Assembly: GCA_964474825.1 (NCBI GenBank)
Contig: CAYYWQ010000001.1
Coordinates: forward strand, 1,130,184 to 1,194,183
From: an uncultured Candidatus Saccharibacteria bacterium
Lineage (GTDB): Bacteria > Patescibacteriota > Doudnabacteria > UBA920
Length of the DNA: 64,000 bases
Direction of reading: 5' to 3'
Made by a program: the position numbers and the translations under genes
The notes under the pieces: generated by a model
What the model was told of the DNA's origin: nothing
The model's input: the letters and a program-made list of their open reading frames with translations, nothing else
Database searches by the model: none
Shown here: piece after piece, positions 47,561-58,288 of the stretch
Position numbering within the stretch: the stretch's first letter is position 1
How the letters are laid out: each line of letters begins with the position of its first letter

Positions 47561-49018
47561 ATGAACAACCAGACCCAAACATTGCCCGAAATTTTAAAGG
47601 CCCACCAGAGCTTGGTGGTAGTTGGGGCTAACTGGGGGGACGAAGGCAAGGGCAAGGTTATAGACAAAGTTTTGGGTTTCTACGATGTTGCGGCCCGCTT
47701 TAGCGGCGGAGCCAACGCCGGACATACGGTATTTACCCCGGACGGCAAAAAAATAGTCAGTCATTTAATTCCTTGTGGCCTGGCGCAAAACAAAATTTGC
47801 GTTATGGGCCGCGGGGAATTTTTTAATTTGGATTTGTTTTTAAAGGAACTGGAAGAATCCAAACAAATATTGGGTGGCCAAATTCCGCCTATATTTATAG
47901 ACCAACAGGCACCCCTTTGGACTCCGTATCACCGTTTGTTTGAGGCATATATAGAGCATAGGCGTGGCGCTAAAAAAATTGGCACAACTAACAAAGGCAT
48001 TGGCCCTCTGGAAGGGATTTATAAATTACGCCTTGCTCCGGTTGTTGGGCAGTTATTTGAAAAAGATTTACTTTTAGCTTCCCTTCAGGCTTTGTATAAC
48101 GTACTGCAGCCGTGTTTTGAAAATCCGGATTTTGTAAAAAGCCTTGGCGAGGAAATTCCTTTGCCGGAAAAAGTTTTGGCGGATTTGTCTGAATCATCAG
48201 CGCAAATAAAAGAATTGGTAGCAGATACTTCGTTTTTATTACATCAGCATTTACAAAATGGTAAGAGGGTTCTGTTCGAAGGCGCGCAGGCTACCGGGCT
48301 GGACGCCTGGTGGGGGACTTATCCATTTGTGTCTTCCGGAAATTCTGTAGCGGCTGGAGCTGCTTTAGGTACGGGACTGCCCATGCAAGCTTTTTCAGCC
48401 ACAATTTTAGTGGCGAAAACTTTGCCCACCCGTGTTGGCTTTGGGCCTTTTGTTTCCGAAATGTGGAACCGTGATGAAGCCATGAAGTTTGCCAAAGAAA
48501 ATGGCCAGCTATTTGCAAAAGGAAAAGAGCGCGACGAATATTTATTATCATCTTTGGTAAAAATAAACGGTGGTGGGGCCAGTAACGCCGAACTGTCGCA
48601 ATATTTCCAAGTCCTTGGTGACGAACGGGGGGCTACTACCGGCCGCGGCAGGAGCGTTGGGTTTTTAGACATTCCTTGGTTGCAATACGCCGTTAGAATT
48701 AACCAGCCAAAATGGCTGGCTTTAACGCGGTTTGATATGCTCTCGGGAGTAAAAAGTATTCCGGTTGTTGTGGCTTACAAATACAAGGGCCAAACTTTGC
48801 CGGCCAGCCAATTGCCGCCAACCTGGGAAATGGAAAAAGTTGAACCGGTGTTTGAGCAGTGGGAATGCTTTACCGAAGACATTTCCGGAATGAATGACCA
48901 GGACAAATTACCACAAGGAGCCAAAAAGTTTTTAGAAAAATTAGAATCTCATATCAAGATCCCGGTTTTATTAGTCGGTACCGGTCCGGGCAGGGAAGCA
49001 ATTGTTGTCCGCTCTTGA
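47561..49018 (+). CDS. purA: Adenylosuccinate synthetase
   Basis: 'GANWGDEGKGKVID', 'GGANAGHTV', 'GTTNKGIGP' motifs. 485 aa, with inserted segments relative to typical PurA. Confidence 0.9.
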   Translation: MNNQTQTLPEILKAHQSLVVVGANWGDEGKGKVIDKVLGFYDVAARFSGGANAGHTVFTPDGKKIVSHLIPCGLAQNKICVMGRGEFFNLDLFLKELEESKQILGGQIPPIFIDQQAPLWTPYHRLFEAYIEHRRGAKKIGTTNKGIGPLEGIYKLRLAPVVGQLFEKDLLLASLQALYNVLQPCFENPDFVKSLGEEIPLPEKVLADLSESSAQIKELVADTSFLLHQHLQNGKRVLFEGAQATGLDAWWGTYPFVSSGNSVAAGAALGTGLPMQAFSATILVAKTLPTRVGFGPFVSEMWNRDEAMKFAKENGQLFAKGKERDEYLLSSLVKINGGGASNAELSQYFQVLGDERGATTGRGRSVGFLDIPWLQYAVRINQPKWLALTRFDMLSGVKSIPVVVAYKYKGQTLPASQLPPTWEMEKVEPVFEQWECFTEDISGMNDQDKLPQGAKKFLEKLESHIKIPVLLVGTGPGREAIVVRS

Positions 49019-49177
49019 CCCAGTAGAGCTACATGGCAATTAGATATCAAAATAGCTTTGTTGGAATTGGGCCGTTTGTAGTAGAAATAGTCTTTGATAA
49101 GGAACAAATTTGCCATGGGATTGGATTCTACTGGGTTGACAAAATCATAAAAAAAGACTAACATTTATGAAATATCT

Positions 49178-50638
49178 ATGGACAAACACATTCCAGAAGC
49201 CTTAACGTTCGACGACGTATTGCTGGAGCCGCAATACAGCGATGTGCTGCCCACTGAAGTTGATACCAAAACATTTTTTTCAAAAAACATCCAGCTAAAT
49301 ATTCCTATTGTTAGCGCCGCCATGGACACTGTTACCGAGGCGGCGCTTGCTGTTGCTTTGGCCCAGCAGGGCGGTATTGGTGTTATCCATAAAAATTTAT
49401 CCATAGAACGACAAAAGGAAGAAGTGGACAAAGTTAAGCGCAGTGAGTCTGGAATGATAGTAGATCCTTTTACCATGAGGCCGGACAAAACCATCCGTGA
49501 GGCCATTAGTTTAATGGACAAGTACGGTATTTCCGGCGTGCCTGTTGTTTCCGCTGACGACAAATTAGTCGGCATTTTAACTCACCGTGATTTGCGTTTT
49601 GAAACCAGAATGGATGTGCCAATCTCCGAAGTTATGACCAAGGAAAAATTAGTTACCGTTCCCGTTGGAACTACCATGGAGCAGGCAAAGGAGCTACTGC
49701 ATAAACACCGCATTGAAAAAGTTTTGGTGGTAGACGAGCAGGGCAAGCTTAAAGGTTTAATTACTGTTAAAGACATTCAAAAGCAAATTAAGTATCCCAA
49801 TGCGGCTAAAGATAAAATGGGCAGACTTCGCGTGGCTGCGGGAATTGGTGCAGGCGGGGACTTTATGGAAAGGGCCGCGGAATTGGTTAAGGCGGGTGTG
49901 GATGCGTTAGTTATAGACAGCGCGCATGGCTTTAGTAAAAGAGTTGTTGAGGGGATAAAGAAAATAAAAGCCCAATTTCCGGAAGTAGATTTAGTGGCAG
50001 GCAATGTTGCTTCTGAAGACGGCGCCAAAGCTTTAATAGACGCAGGTGTGGATGCTGTTAAAATCGGTATGGGTCCGGGCAGTATTTGCACAACAAGAAT
50101 TGTTAGCGGTTGCGGCGTGCCGCAAATTTATGCCATAACAGAAGCAGCCAAGGCCTGCAAAAAAGCAGGTGTGCCACTTATTGCCGACGGCGGCATAAAG
50201 TTTTCCGGTGACATTACCAAAGCTATTGCCGCGGGAGCGCAGACCGTTATGGTCGGCAGTTTGTTTGCCGGAACCGAAGAATCTCCGGGAGAAACTATTT
50301 TATACCAGGGCAGGACTTTTAAATCTTACCGGGGTATGGGCAGCATTGGCGCTATGAAAGAAGGCAGCAAGGACCGCTACGGCCAGGACCAGATTGCGGT
50401 TGGTAAATTAGTACCAGAAGGCATTGAAGGCCGTGTGGCTTACAAGGGCAGTTTGGAAAAAATGGTAGAGCAGTTAATTGGGGGACTGCGCTCGGGCTTA
50501 GGATACTGCGGCGCGCATAATTTAAAAGAACTTCAGGAAAAAGGAAAATTTATTCGCATTACAACTGCCGGACTAACAGAGAGCCATGTGCACGACGTTA
50601 CCATAACTAAAGAAGCGCCGAATTATCACTTAGACTAA
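49178..50638 (+). CDS. guaB: Inosine-5'-monophosphate dehydrogenase
   Basis: TIM-barrel IMPDH with a tandem CBS pair. Catalytic '[11 protein letters not shown]' loop. Confidence 0.95.
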   Translation: MDKHIPEALTFDDVLLEPQYSDVLPTEVDTKTFFSKNIQLNIPIVSAAMDTVTEAALAVALAQQGGIGVIHKNLSIERQKEEVDKVKRSESGMIVDPFTMRPDKTIREAISLMDKYGISGVPVVSADDKLVGILTHRDLRFETRMDVPISEVMTKEKLVTVPVGTTMEQAKELLHKHRIEKVLVVDEQGKLKGLITVKDIQKQIKYPNAAKDKMGRLRVAAGIGAGGDFMERAAELVKAGVDALVIDSAHGFSKRVVEGIKKIKAQFPEVDLVAGNVASEDGAKALIDAGVDAVKIGMGPGSICTTRIVSGCGVPQIYAITEAAKACKKAGVPLIADGGIKFSGDITKAIAAGAQTVMVGSLFAGTEESPGETILYQGRTFKSYRGMGSIGAMKEGSKDRYGQDQIAVGKLVPEGIEGRVAYKGSLEKMVEQLIGGLRSGLGYCGAHNLKELQEKGKFIRITTAGLTESHVHDVTITKEAPNYHLD

Positions 50639-50682
50639 ACCGCTGATGGACGCAGATAGTAACGCGGATTTAACGATAATAA

Positions 50683-50712
50683 AAAATACCCCGACTTGGG
50701 GTATTTTTTATT
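50683..50712. terminator. Bidirectional rho-independent terminator between guaB and the response-regulator gene
   Basis: aaaaaatacccc-gactt-ggggtattttttatt. Confidence 0.55.
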
Positions 50713-50721
50713 ATCCAACAA

Positions 50722-51096
50722 TTAATTTTGGTTTAATATTTCGTCTATCCGTAAACACAAATCGTCAATTTTGGTTTGGGCTTTTACATAGTAATCGGTA
50801 ACCTGTAGCTCCTTGGCTTGGTTTACAGATTCCGGTTTGTTTAAATTGCTGTAAATAATTACCGGAGTTTTGCTTAAGCCGGCCTCTTGGCGCAGCTGGC
50901 CCAAAACTTCGAAGCCGTTAAGTTTTGGCAAAAGTAAATCTAAAATTACTAAATCTGGCCTGTGAGTTTTAAATTTTGCCACTGCCTGCTCACCGTCTTC
51001 AGCCTGAATAATTTCATGGTGCTGAAGCATTAACTTATCTGTTAAAACTTTACGTAGCTCTCCGTCATCTTCTACTACCAAGATTTTGCCGAACAT
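50722..51096 (-). CDS. Stand-alone response-regulator receiver domain (CheY-like)
   Basis: 'KILVVEDD', phospho-acceptor 'LVILDLLLP', conserved T/S and K residues. 124 aa. No histidine kinase adjacent. Confidence 0.8.
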   Translation of the reverse strand: MFGKILVVEDDGELRKVLTDKLMLQHHEIIQAEDGEQAVAKFKTHRPDLVILDLLLPKLNGFEVLGQLRQEAGLSKTPVIIYSNLNKPESVNQAKELQVTDYYVKAQTKIDDLCLRIDEILNQN

Positions 51097-51290
51097 AAGG
51101 GTAAAAATAATTATTAGCGACGTAGAGCGAGTCCGACCATTTATGGTCGAGCGAGCCGAGGAGCTAATACAGGTTCAATAGCCTGCTAGCTCTGTCGCGA
51201 GGAACCTTAATTTGCTTAAGTATAACAAATATTTTCAAACAGTCCAAAATTATTAAGTGTATTAAATTTAAGAATTGGGCGAGATTTTTC

Positions 51291-51319
51291 TTGCATTTTT
51301 GGCTTAGGTATGCTATAAT
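51291..51319 (+). promoter_or_regulatory. Extended -10 sigma70-type promoter (TTGCAT-17-TGcTATAAT) upstream of the 1664-aa gene
   Basis: TTGCAT 51291-96, a 17-nt spacer ending in TGc, TATAAT 51314-19. Confidence 0.45.
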
Positions 51320-51425
51320 ATAAGTACAAAATTTTTTAAAAGCTTTAAAAAATGGTTCACCCATTAAATCAAAATTAATTTAACGGGTAAAAATAGCTAT
51401 TTTTGAAGCGTGAAACAAAAACAAA

Positions 51426-54400
51426 ATGAAATCTTATTTTAAAGCCTTTTTAGGCTTTAGTAGTGTTTTTGCACTATCAATTGTGTTGGCTGCCCAAACA
51501 GCCTCGACTTTGTCTTACGTAGACGCCAGTGTCACTTCCAGTGAGCTGACATTTTTAAATACCCGGCATTTTACAGCCGGAAAAGTTTTGGGGGTCGTTT
51601 TTGCGGCAACCCCAACTCCTGCTCCGGCTGCTTACCAGTCTTCTTTACCCGCTCCTACAAAACTTTCCATAACCTGTTCGGCTGATGGAAAAACCGTAAC
51701 TTCTAAATGGGTAGCGCCCAGCGGTTATAATACTTTTTATTTCAGGGCGCAAATAGGAGCCACCAGCAGCAATTGGGCCCCGGAAGTTGTGCAGGATGAT
51801 GTTGTGGGAACCACCACCACTTTTTCTTCCCAGTCGGGTAAAGATTATAATATTTGGGTACACACCAAAAATCCTGTTAACGGCAATTGGAGCGACCTTA
51901 TACAAGGAACTGTGGTTTGTAAAGTAGCTCCGACTCCGACACCTACTCCTACTGTCATAGGCACGCCTACGCCAACTCCGACGCCTGAGACTATTAATAC
52001 TTTAGATTTTTTTCTTACAAACCATCCGGAAAAAAGTTTGACCGGCAGTCATCCTATTAGCCAAACTATAGCCGGACAAAACGCCTACTATGTAAAATGG
52101 GACAACGTGTCTTATGAAATTTATTCTTGGGATGACAGTTATATTTATTTAAACGAGGACCATAGCGGGACGCCTAACCCGCAGGATTATACTTTTACCC
52201 CGGGCAAATGGTTAAAGCGCCAAATGAAAGTAGGGGAGACAATAGATGTTTCCGACAACCGTTTGCAGTGGTATGATCATCAAACTTGCGCCGTGGGTAA
52301 TAACCAAGCGTTCCCTTATAAAATAGTCTTAGAACAGCATATACCCAATTACAATATGGGGGGAAGTTTAGGTACTCAAGACGTAATTGTAGTTAAATAT
52401 GATTATTCCAATGCTACATTAAAAGATTTTGAAAGATCTTATTACAGCAAGGAATGGGGTTGGGTCAAATGGGAATTCTATAAAAATGGCGTGCTCAGTC
52501 AAACCTCAACTTTTAATAATTTTACCAGCCAGCCGCCCATTGCCCCGAATTTAGGATTAGCCTGTTCCAAAAAAACTACTCCTCCTTCAGGCGGATCCAC
52601 AGAGTACTTAAAAAAACAAACTTTGGTTTTTTCCATTGACCAAGGTTTTAGTAATGGGATGTTGGCGCTAGGGGATACGGTTGGCTTGGAGAGAATGATA
52701 AGCAATTTAAAACAATTGCAAACCAAGTATGAAGTTTATGTTAGTGTTGAGCCTAAACTACGGGACAAAACTAAGATAGATAAAATTTTAGACGTACTTG
52801 TAAAAAACAATATTCCTTTTGTTTTTGACGTTTACGCTTCGGACAATATGTCCGTGGGGAATGACGAGCTGAATTTGGCATTCGATGTCCCGCACGGCAG
52901 GGCAATGTCCATTGAACAGATCGGGGCATATAAAACCAAGTACGGTAATTCGTTCGCGGGACTTCGTTCCCATGAAGTATTTGCTTCAAACTTTACCATT
53001 TTAGCTTGCCAAAAACTTGGTGTGGATTGGTGCGATAGTTTTAAAAATAACTTACCAAAAGATAATTTTTACCAAAAAGCTTTTCTGGAAGAATATATAA
53101 AGTTTGCAAATGAAAAGGGGATGTTCTTTATGTTCCAGGATTTTTATTGGTCTGCTTACCACCCGTGGGATTTTGACAAAAATGTAGTTAAGCAGGAGCA
53201 GAATGAACAGGAATTAAAAGATTTAATAAACAAATACCCAAACACGGTTGTGATAATGTTTGCCAATAACGAACCTGCTTATTTATCACGAAGCAAAAAA
53301 GATACCTGGACAGATGCCTTACAACCGGTAATAAATTCTTCCATAAAAGGTTTTGGCCTTTCCGACCAAAGCTGGATGTGTGAAAGCGAATTAAGTCCGG
53401 AGGGAGGCAAGCTTTCCGGTGTTGATTCAGGCAAACTCTGTCCGCCATCTGAAATTGCCTCTTGGGCTAGTACTGCTTTTGCCAAAGGCGCGAAGATTGT
53501 GCAGTTTGAACCAAGCTGGTACTTGTGGAATTTTCCTAAAGCTACCATTGGTGGTTTGGTAGATTATACAAAAGACGCTGCCTGGAAAGACCGCGGCGCC
53601 CCTTCTTCCGCGCTTGTGGAATTGGGAAAGGTTTTGGGAGTAACTATATCTAGCCCTGTCGTTACGTTGCCTCCTATTGCCACAACGACTCCTCCATCAA
53701 TTTTCAAAACCTCAGTGATTATTCGTGCTAATGGCACTCCAGTTGACACTGTTTACCCCAATATGGAGTTAAGGGCGGGGGACAAGCTGCTGAAAAGTTG
53801 GACAGTAACTGCCACTTCGGCTAACTATGTTTATCAAACTAATGATGACTATTCCTCTTCCAAATTAAGAGTTACCTTTACCAATGACGCCTATAAGGAA
53901 CCCCAAGACAGGAATTTAATTGTAGACTATTTAGATGTAAACGGAAAAAAATATTTAACCACCGACCCTTCTATTTATTCTGTTGGCTCTTGGACTCCGG
54001 CCAATGGCTGCGAAGGCGGGTATAAAAAATTAAATATTTTAGCCTGCAACGGATACTTTGAATTCCAAATTCAATCGTCAGTCACCCCCACGCCTACTCC
54101 TATTGCATCGGCCACTCCATCCCCAACCTCAACTCCAAATCCAACTCCGACACCCACGCCTATTCCTACTCCCGACCCGTCATTAAAAAGTGAAAAACCT
54201 ATTGGGTATTTTGATTTAATACAAAACGGTGTGGCAATAGGTTGGGCGGCTGATCCTGATGTGCCGGCGCAATCCATAGATGTTCATTTTTATTTGGACA
54301 AACCGGCGGGAAGCGGGGGAATGATTGGTTATGCAGGAGCAAATGTTTTGCGGTCAGACGTAAACAAGGCAGTAAAGGTTACGGGTAATCATGGTTTTGA

Positions 54401-56420
54401 ATTTTCTATTCCGGCAAAGTATCGTGATGGAAAAACTCATACACTATACGTCTATGGCATAGACGCAGGCAAAGGCGAAAATCCTTTGTTAACCGGATCC
54501 CCAAAAACTTTTAATTTATTATCAGGTGTAATTCCTACTCCTACGCCAACACCAAATCCGGTAAAGCCGGTTTTACAGACGCCTGTGCCGAATTCTACTT
54601 TGAGCGGGCCGAGCCAGACTTTTAGCTGGGGTGCAGTGGCCGGTGCAACTAAGTATTGGTTAGATGTCGGCAACAGCCAAGGCCAGGGAGATATCTCAGC
54701 GGGGGAGTTAACGGCAACTTCTAAAACTATTTCTAATCTTCCAACAGAAGGTGGTACGCTTTATATCCGCTTGTGGTCTTTTGTGAATGGGGCCTACTCA
54801 GATAATTTTAATGACTACAAAGTTACCGCCGCTTCCACGGACAATACTCCCGTGGCCTTTGGCGCCACTGCTACAAGTAAGCTTGGAAATTACCCCAGAC
54901 CAAAAAACGGTATTCAAACAATGTTTTACACCATACTTGGCCGTTCCAGTTTGGACCAGTATATGAATTTTTTGAGTAAAGAAATAGATTATTTGTGGTT
55001 TGACCAGTCCAGCTTGGCATATCCTGCCGCAGCCAATACTTATGACTTCAGCGATTTTTATAAAGGTGTGGGACAACTCACCGCTTTGAACCCAAATATG
55101 AAAATCGGCACCCATGCCGGCTCGGTCGCGGAATTTGGCTCTTACCATTTGCCTTATAGCTATTTAAGCGACAGCGATTTTTTGCATGACACAAGCGGCA
55201 ATTTAATTAAAGATCCCGCGGAAGACACTTTCCGTTTTTTGAATGTCTCCAGTCCCGCGGCGCGCCAAAAATTAGTCAGCGCCTGGAAAGATATTTTTGC
55301 TAAAAACCCTTCCTTGTCCGGGATAAATATGGACGGCTATGAATTATATTATACGCGCCCGCCTTTGCAGAATGGCTGTAAGGAAGGCGCCTGTAATACC
55401 GCGGGTTTTTGGTTTAACGGAATTACGTCGTTGAGCCAGGAATTACGGGCCGCTTTGCCCGGCAAGGACGTAACCTATAACGGTTTATTCTTTTTTGCCA
55501 ACTATTCCATAACCCAGGGGCCAATGAATTCCGGGTTCGTAGATTATAATGACGGTGTATTAAGCGAATGGCCGCACGAAATGTACAACAACCCCCAGGT
55601 GTTTGCCCAATACTTAACCGTTATTAATTCCATTACCGCCAAAAATAAAAAAGTATTCTTTTGGGTCCAGCCCAAAATTAGCAACGCTTATACCCCGGAC
55701 TTAAATTTGGAAAGGTTTTTTCTCAGTAGTTATTTGTTAATCCAAAATAATCCTTTAACTTATTTTGGTTATCACCCCGGCGATATTTACAGTCCAACTC
55801 CCGGTATTTTCTTTTATCCTGACTGGAACAAAGATTACGGCTTGCCTCAGGGTACGTATACTTCCAGTTCGGGATTGTATACCCGGGTTTACCAAAACGG
55901 CATTGCTGTAGTCAACCCAAACGGCTATAGCCAAACTTTTAACTTCCCCGACTCCCGCAAATATAAACTTTGGGATGCAGCCAATGGCGCGGAAGTTTCC
56001 GGTTCAATAACAATTCCTGCTAACACAGGTAATTTTTACTTTGTCTCCACTTCCCCGGAAGTACAAAATTTACAGCCGCTTGTTAGCCAAACAACAGCTG
56101 GCGTGTGCCAAAATCCCACTAATATAACCCCTACATCAACCATTACCGGAAACACCACGAGTTTGTCATGGAGTCCGGTGCCGGGAGCCGTGAGTTATAA
56201 CATTAGGTTGGACGACGGTACTACTGACAGGTATTTAGATACAAGATTTGCAAACTGCCTTAGTAGTCCCCACTATTATTGTGTCAACGGGATTACTTCC
56301 ACATCTGTTGCCAATGTTCCGGTTAAACCGGGTAGAAGTTATAATTTTTGGATAGACCCTGTATATTCGCCTGAACGAAATTACTGTAATGGTGTTGTAA
56401 ATTTTAGTACCAAACCTTAA
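51426..56420 (+). CDS. Giant (1664 aa) secreted/surface protein with signal peptide and Pro-Thr-rich linkers; function unknown
   Basis: N-terminal 'MKSYFKAFLGFSSVFALSIVLAAQTAS' signal. Three PT linkers ('PTPTPTPTVIGTPTPTPTPE', 'TPTPTPIASATPSPTSTPNPTPTPTPIPTPDP', 'IPTPTPTPNPV') separate beta-rich domains. Trp/Tyr/Asn-rich; carbohydrate-binding or hydrolase-like flavour, but no motif confidently assigned. Confidence 0.8.
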   Translation: MKSYFKAFLGFSSVFALSIVLAAQTASTLSYVDASVTSSELTFLNTRHFTAGKVLGVVFAATPTPAPAAYQSSLPAPTKLSITCSADGKTVTSKWVAPSGYNTFYFRAQIGATSSNWAPEVVQDDVVGTTTTFSSQSGKDYNIWVHTKNPVNGNWSDLIQGTVVCKVAPTPTPTPTVIGTPTPTPTPETINTLDFFLTNHPEKSLTGSHPISQTIAGQNAYYVKWDNVSYEIYSWDDSYIYLNEDHSGTPNPQDYTFTPGKWLKRQMKVGETIDVSDNRLQWYDHQTCAVGNNQAFPYKIVLEQHIPNYNMGGSLGTQDVIVVKYDYSNATLKDFERSYYSKEWGWVKWEFYKNGVLSQTSTFNNFTSQPPIAPNLGLACSKKTTPPSGGSTEYLKKQTLVFSIDQGFSNGMLALGDTVGLERMISNLKQLQTKYEVYVSVEPKLRDKTKIDKILDVLVKNNIPFVFDVYASDNMSVGNDELNLAFDVPHGRAMSIEQIGAYKTKYGNSFAGLRSHEVFASNFTILACQKLGVDWCDSFKNNLPKDNFYQKAFLEEYIKFANEKGMFFMFQDFYWSAYHPWDFDKNVVKQEQNEQELKDLINKYPNTVVIMFANNEPAYLSRSKKDTWTDALQPVINSSIKGFGLSDQSWMCESELSPEGGKLSGVDSGKLCPPSEIASWASTAFAKGAKIVQFEPSWYLWNFPKATIGGLVDYTKDAAWKDRGAPSSALVELGKVLGVTISSPVVTLPPIATTTPPSIFKTSVIIRANGTPVDTVYPNMELRAGDKLLKSWTVTATSANYVYQTNDDYSSSKLRVTFTNDAYKEPQDRNLIVDYLDVNGKKYLTTDPSIYSVGSWTPANGCEGGYKKLNILACNGYFEFQIQSSVTPTPTPIASATPSPTSTPNPTPTPTPIPTPDPSLKSEKPIGYFDLIQNGVAIGWAADPDVPAQSIDVHFYLDKPAGSGGMIGYAGANVLRSDVNKAVKVTGNHGFEFSIPAKYRDGKTHTLYVYGIDAGKGENPLLTGSPKTFNLLSGVIPTPTPTPNPVKPVLQTPVPNSTLSGPSQTFSWGAVAGATKYWLDVGNSQGQGDISAGELTATSKTISNLPTEGGTLYIRLWSFVNGAYSDNFNDYKVTAASTDNTPVAFGATATSKLGNYPRPKNGIQTMFYTILGRSSLDQYMNFLSKEIDYLWFDQSSLAYPAAANTYDFSDFYKGVGQLTALNPNMKIGTHAGSVAEFGSYHLPYSYLSDSDFLHDTSGNLIKDPAEDTFRFLNVSSPAARQKLVSAWKDIFAKNPSLSGINMDGYELYYTRPPLQNGCKEGACNTAGFWFNGITSLSQELRAALPGKDVTYNGLFFFANYSITQGPMNSGFVDYNDGVLSEWPHEMYNNPQVFAQYLTVINSITAKNKKVFFWVQPKISNAYTPDLNLERFFLSSYLLIQNNPLTYFGYHPGDIYSPTPGIFFYPDWNKDYGLPQGTYTSSSGLYTRVYQNGIAVVNPNGYSQTFNFPDSRKYKLWDAANGAEVSGSITIPANTGNFYFVSTSPEVQNLQPLVSQTTAGVCQNPTNITPTSTITGNTTSLSWSPVPGAVSYNIRLDDGTTDRYLDTRFANCLSSPHYYCVNGITSTSVANVPVKPGRSYNFWIDPVYSPERNYCNGVVNFSTKP

Positions 56421-56423
56421 ATT

Positions 56424-56464
56424 AAAAAATCCGCCCCGAGTTATATCGGGGCGGATTTTTTAAT
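56424..56464. terminator. Bidirectional rho-independent terminator (convergent with guaA)
   Basis: aaaaaatccgccccga-gttata-tcggggcggattttttaa. Confidence 0.55.
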
Positions 56465-56474
56465 TATGTTGGTA

Positions 56475-58073
56475 TTATCCCCATTCAATCGTTACGGGGG
56501 GCTTGTCTGATATTCTATAAACTACCGCGCCTACTTCCCTTATTTCATTGGTCAGCCTGCGGGAAACGTGTTTTAAAAAGTCGTAGGGGAGTTCTGCGGC
56601 GCGGGCGGTAAAGCCGTTTACACTCCAGACGGCCCAAAGAGCTATAACGTGCCCTTCTGCCGCGTCGTCGCCTTTAGTGCAGGTGGTCATGGAATTTGTA
56701 ACCACGCCTCCGGCCTGCCAAATGTCGTTGTAAAGTTCCCACTTCCGCAGCTCTTCAATGTAAATGCCGTCAATTTTTCTGGCAATGGCCAGTTTTTCGG
56801 CAGTAACTTCTCCCTCGATTCTAACAACCAAGCCGGGCCCTGGGAAAGGGTGGCGGATTAGTAGTTCTTCCGGAACACCAATAGAGCGGCCAATGTTTCT
56901 GCCTGTGTCTTTTACGCTGTCTATTAACGGTTGGATTTCAGGCAAAGAAAATTTTAGCCCTACGTTGTGGTGAATTTTTATCTGTGCTTTCTTGGCTCCT
57001 GAGTCGTAACCGCCGCCGCTTTCGGAAACGTCTGTATAAAGTGTCCCTTGGGCAATAAATTCCGCGCCAAAGTTTTTAGCTTCAGTTTCCAGAATTTCTT
57101 TATAAACGTCCCGCATGGAAAGGCGTTTTTCCTTCATGGAAACTTTGCCTTTTAATTCTTTTAAAAATTTGTCCGTGGCATCTACAATTTTTACTTGTAT
57201 CCAGGGTTCGCTACCAAAATATTTTACAACGTTAGCTTCGTCATCCGGCCGGTCTATGCCTTTAATATAGACACCCAGGATTTGGTTGGGTTTTTCGTTT
57301 ACCCCATGTTTAAGGAGAAACGCCACAGTCGCGGAATCGCTACCGCCGGAAAGAGCCAGTAAAACTTTTTTGTCTCCAACCTGTTTTTTTAATTCATCGA
57401 TCTTTCTTTTTGCTGTCTCTTGGGCCGGGAATTTGTCTTTGGCGCCGCAAATATTAAAGCAAAAGTTTTCGTAAATCTTGTCGCCGTTTTCCGTTTCCGT
57501 AACTTCAGGGTGGAACTGCACGCCCCACAAATGTTTGTAGTGGCCGGCGGAAGTTGGGGCGTCATCTGTTACTCCGACTATGGTTAATTTATCATCCGGC
57601 TCAATAATATCGCCATGACTTTCAAGGACATTAAAATGTTCGGGGAGATTATCGAGCAGCGGCGATTTCCCGGTTAGCTTGAATTCATGTGTGCCAAATT
57701 CCCGCTTTTCCGAAAGCCTGACTTTTACGCCAATATGGTGTGCCCACATTTGAAACCCTAAGCAAATTCCTAAAACCGGAATACCTAAATCAAAAATTTT
57801 CCCGTCAAAAGGAGGTTGTTCGTAAGCTGAGGCCGGTCCGCCGGAGAGTATTATCCCTGTTGGCTTTATAGCTACTACATCATCAGACGTAACCGTTGCC
57901 GGGTCTGCCACTAAACAAAAAACGCCCAAGGCGTCTAATTTTTGTTTGATCAGGTGATCAAACTGGCTGCCCATGGAAAACAAGAGAAATAATTCGTCAG
58001 TCTTCCTGATTTTTTTCTCTTCCGATATTTCCTTTAGGGCTTCAGAGGTGGCTTTTTTAAATGTTTGGAGCAT
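56475..58073 (-). CDS. guaA: GMP synthase (glutamine-hydrolysing). The start was moved to an internal Met because the longest ORF would overlap tRNA-Cys
   Basis: GATase1 domain (catalytic 'GICLGFQ'), ATP-PPase 'LSGGSDSA' P-loop, C-terminal dimerisation domain ending '…PVTIEWG'. Confidence 0.85.
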   Translation of the reverse strand: MLQTFKKATSEALKEISEEKKIRKTDELFLLFSMGSQFDHLIKQKLDALGVFCLVADPATVTSDDVVAIKPTGIILSGGPASAYEQPPFDGKIFDLGIPVLGICLGFQMWAHHIGVKVRLSEKREFGTHEFKLTGKSPLLDNLPEHFNVLESHGDIIEPDDKLTIVGVTDDAPTSAGHYKHLWGVQFHPEVTETENGDKIYENFCFNICGAKDKFPAQETAKRKIDELKKQVGDKKVLLALSGGSDSATVAFLLKHGVNEKPNQILGVYIKGIDRPDDEANVVKYFGSEPWIQVKIVDATDKFLKELKGKVSMKEKRLSMRDVYKEILETEAKNFGAEFIAQGTLYTDVSESGGGYDSGAKKAQIKIHHNVGLKFSLPEIQPLIDSVKDTGRNIGRSIGVPEELLIRHPFPGPGLVVRIEGEVTAEKLAIARKIDGIYIEELRKWELYNDIWQAGGVVTNSMTTCTKGDDAAEGHVIALWAVWSVNGFTARAAELPYDFLKHVSRRLTNEIREVGAVVYRISDKPPVTIEWG

Positions 58074-58110
58074 ATACCACATTATACAGAAAACAAATAA
58101 GATTATCAAA

Positions 58111-58127
58111 AACCGCCCGCAGGCGGA
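58111..58127 (-). terminator. Short hairpin terminator downstream of tRNA-Cys
   Basis: ccgcc-cgca-ggcgg followed, on the minus strand, by TTTTTG. Confidence 0.4.
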
Positions 58128-58134
58128 TATTCTT

Positions 58135-58208
58135 TGGTGGACCATGGGAGAATCGAACTCCCGCCTATCGGATGCAAACCGATTGCACTACCACTATGCT
58201 AATGGCCC
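58135..58208 (-). tRNA. tRNA-Cys (anticodon GCA), CCA encoded
   Basis: Reverse complement GGGCCATTAGCATAGTGGTAGTGCAATCGGTTTGCATCCGATAGGCGGGAGTTCGATTCTCCCATGGTCCACCA gives a clean cloverleaf. Anticodon loop TTTGCAT. Confidence 0.85.
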
Positions 58209-58288
58209 TTATTATAAAACCTTTGACATTTAACCTTTGACAATTGACATCAGCGATTGAAAATCCCGAGGAGCGACCCTCGGAATAA

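Noticed and set aside
56475-58145. Full-length 556-aa guaA ORF as listed
   Set aside because: Its first ~20 codons overlap tRNA-Cys and its terminator. Homology begins near 'DELFLLFSMGSQ', so an internal Met (58073/58082) is the likely start.
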